Shown here in pieces: positions 63,473-64,000 of a DNA stretch of 64,000 bases. How positions within the stretch are numbered: the first letter of the stretch is position 1; each line of letters opens with the position of its first letter. Under the pieces are notes generated by a model that did no database searches, was not told where the DNA came from, and saw only the letters and a program-made list of their open reading frames with translations. A program made the translations under genes and the position numbers. Source of the stretch: Carcharhinus longimanus (Eukaryota); the NCBI GenBank assembly GCA_030264375.1, contig JASCQW010000128.1:33825973-33889972 (forward strand), written 5' to 3'.

Positions 63473-64000
63473 ATCACGTAAAAACCTGCCCAGTTTTATA
63501 TTACATTTGATTGCAATTATACAATTCCCNNNNNNNNNNNNNNNNNNNNNNNNNNNNNNNNNNNNNNNNNNNNNNNNNNNNNNNNNNNNNNNNNNNNNNN
63601 NNNNNNNNNNNNNNNNNNNNNNNNNNNNNGTGGTAACGAGACACCAAGAAAAGTTCCAAAAAACAATCTTCAATGATGGTCTTAGAAGATACTGAATACT
63701 TTTCAACCAAAGGAGAAGGGGCGATAAGGGCATATTTTGGCCCAAAATTTTTCCAAAATGTTAAGTTAATCAAACAAGAATACTAAAGTGAAATTTATAT
63801 AGGAAAAACATTCATATTTGATAAAATGAAACAATTTTTGCCAATTGATTCTTGTATGAGGACTATAAATCTACCTGTTAATGGGATTTAAAAAAAATAC
63901 GAAGTTTTTGCTGATTTCAAGTAATTTCAATGCATATTTTAGTCTGGAAAACTATGATCGCACAAAAACAACAAGTCCATATTTGACGTAAACATGTATT

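Noticed and set aside
1-64000. CRISPR arrays, operons or prokaryotic defence systems
   Set aside because: The sequence is vertebrate intronic DNA; no regularly spaced repeats or long intact ORFs were seen.

Overview
Eukaryotic, AT-rich, repeat-dense, gapped draft sequence. It is very probably shark (elasmobranch) DNA, judged from HE1/V-SINE, Deu-SINE, CR1, Rex1 and Penelope-type repeats. The window is mostly intron of one minus-strand gene, BAIAP2L1 (IRTKS, I-BAR/IMD protein). Seven consecutive coding exons (human exons 3-9 equivalents) were found, all with GT-AG boundaries and consistent phases. Exons 1-2 and the SH3/WH2 exons are not in the window. Most ORF-track entries are spurious or transposon debris. 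Recognisable elements include an internally deleted Gypsy LTR element, a decayed PIF/Harbinger transposase with related MITEs, and many LINE/SINE fragments. The oddest signals are: (i) a HELLS/LSH-like exon with its own splice acceptor at 1-50, where BAIAP2L1 exon 10 would be expected downstream; (ii) a 333-bp long-arm palindrome in intron 3; (iii) two mosaics of locally templated insertions; (iv) CR1 copies with internal rather than 5' deletions. All family assignments come from recalled motifs, not database searches, and most repeat boundaries are approximate. No convincing wholly new biological system was found.
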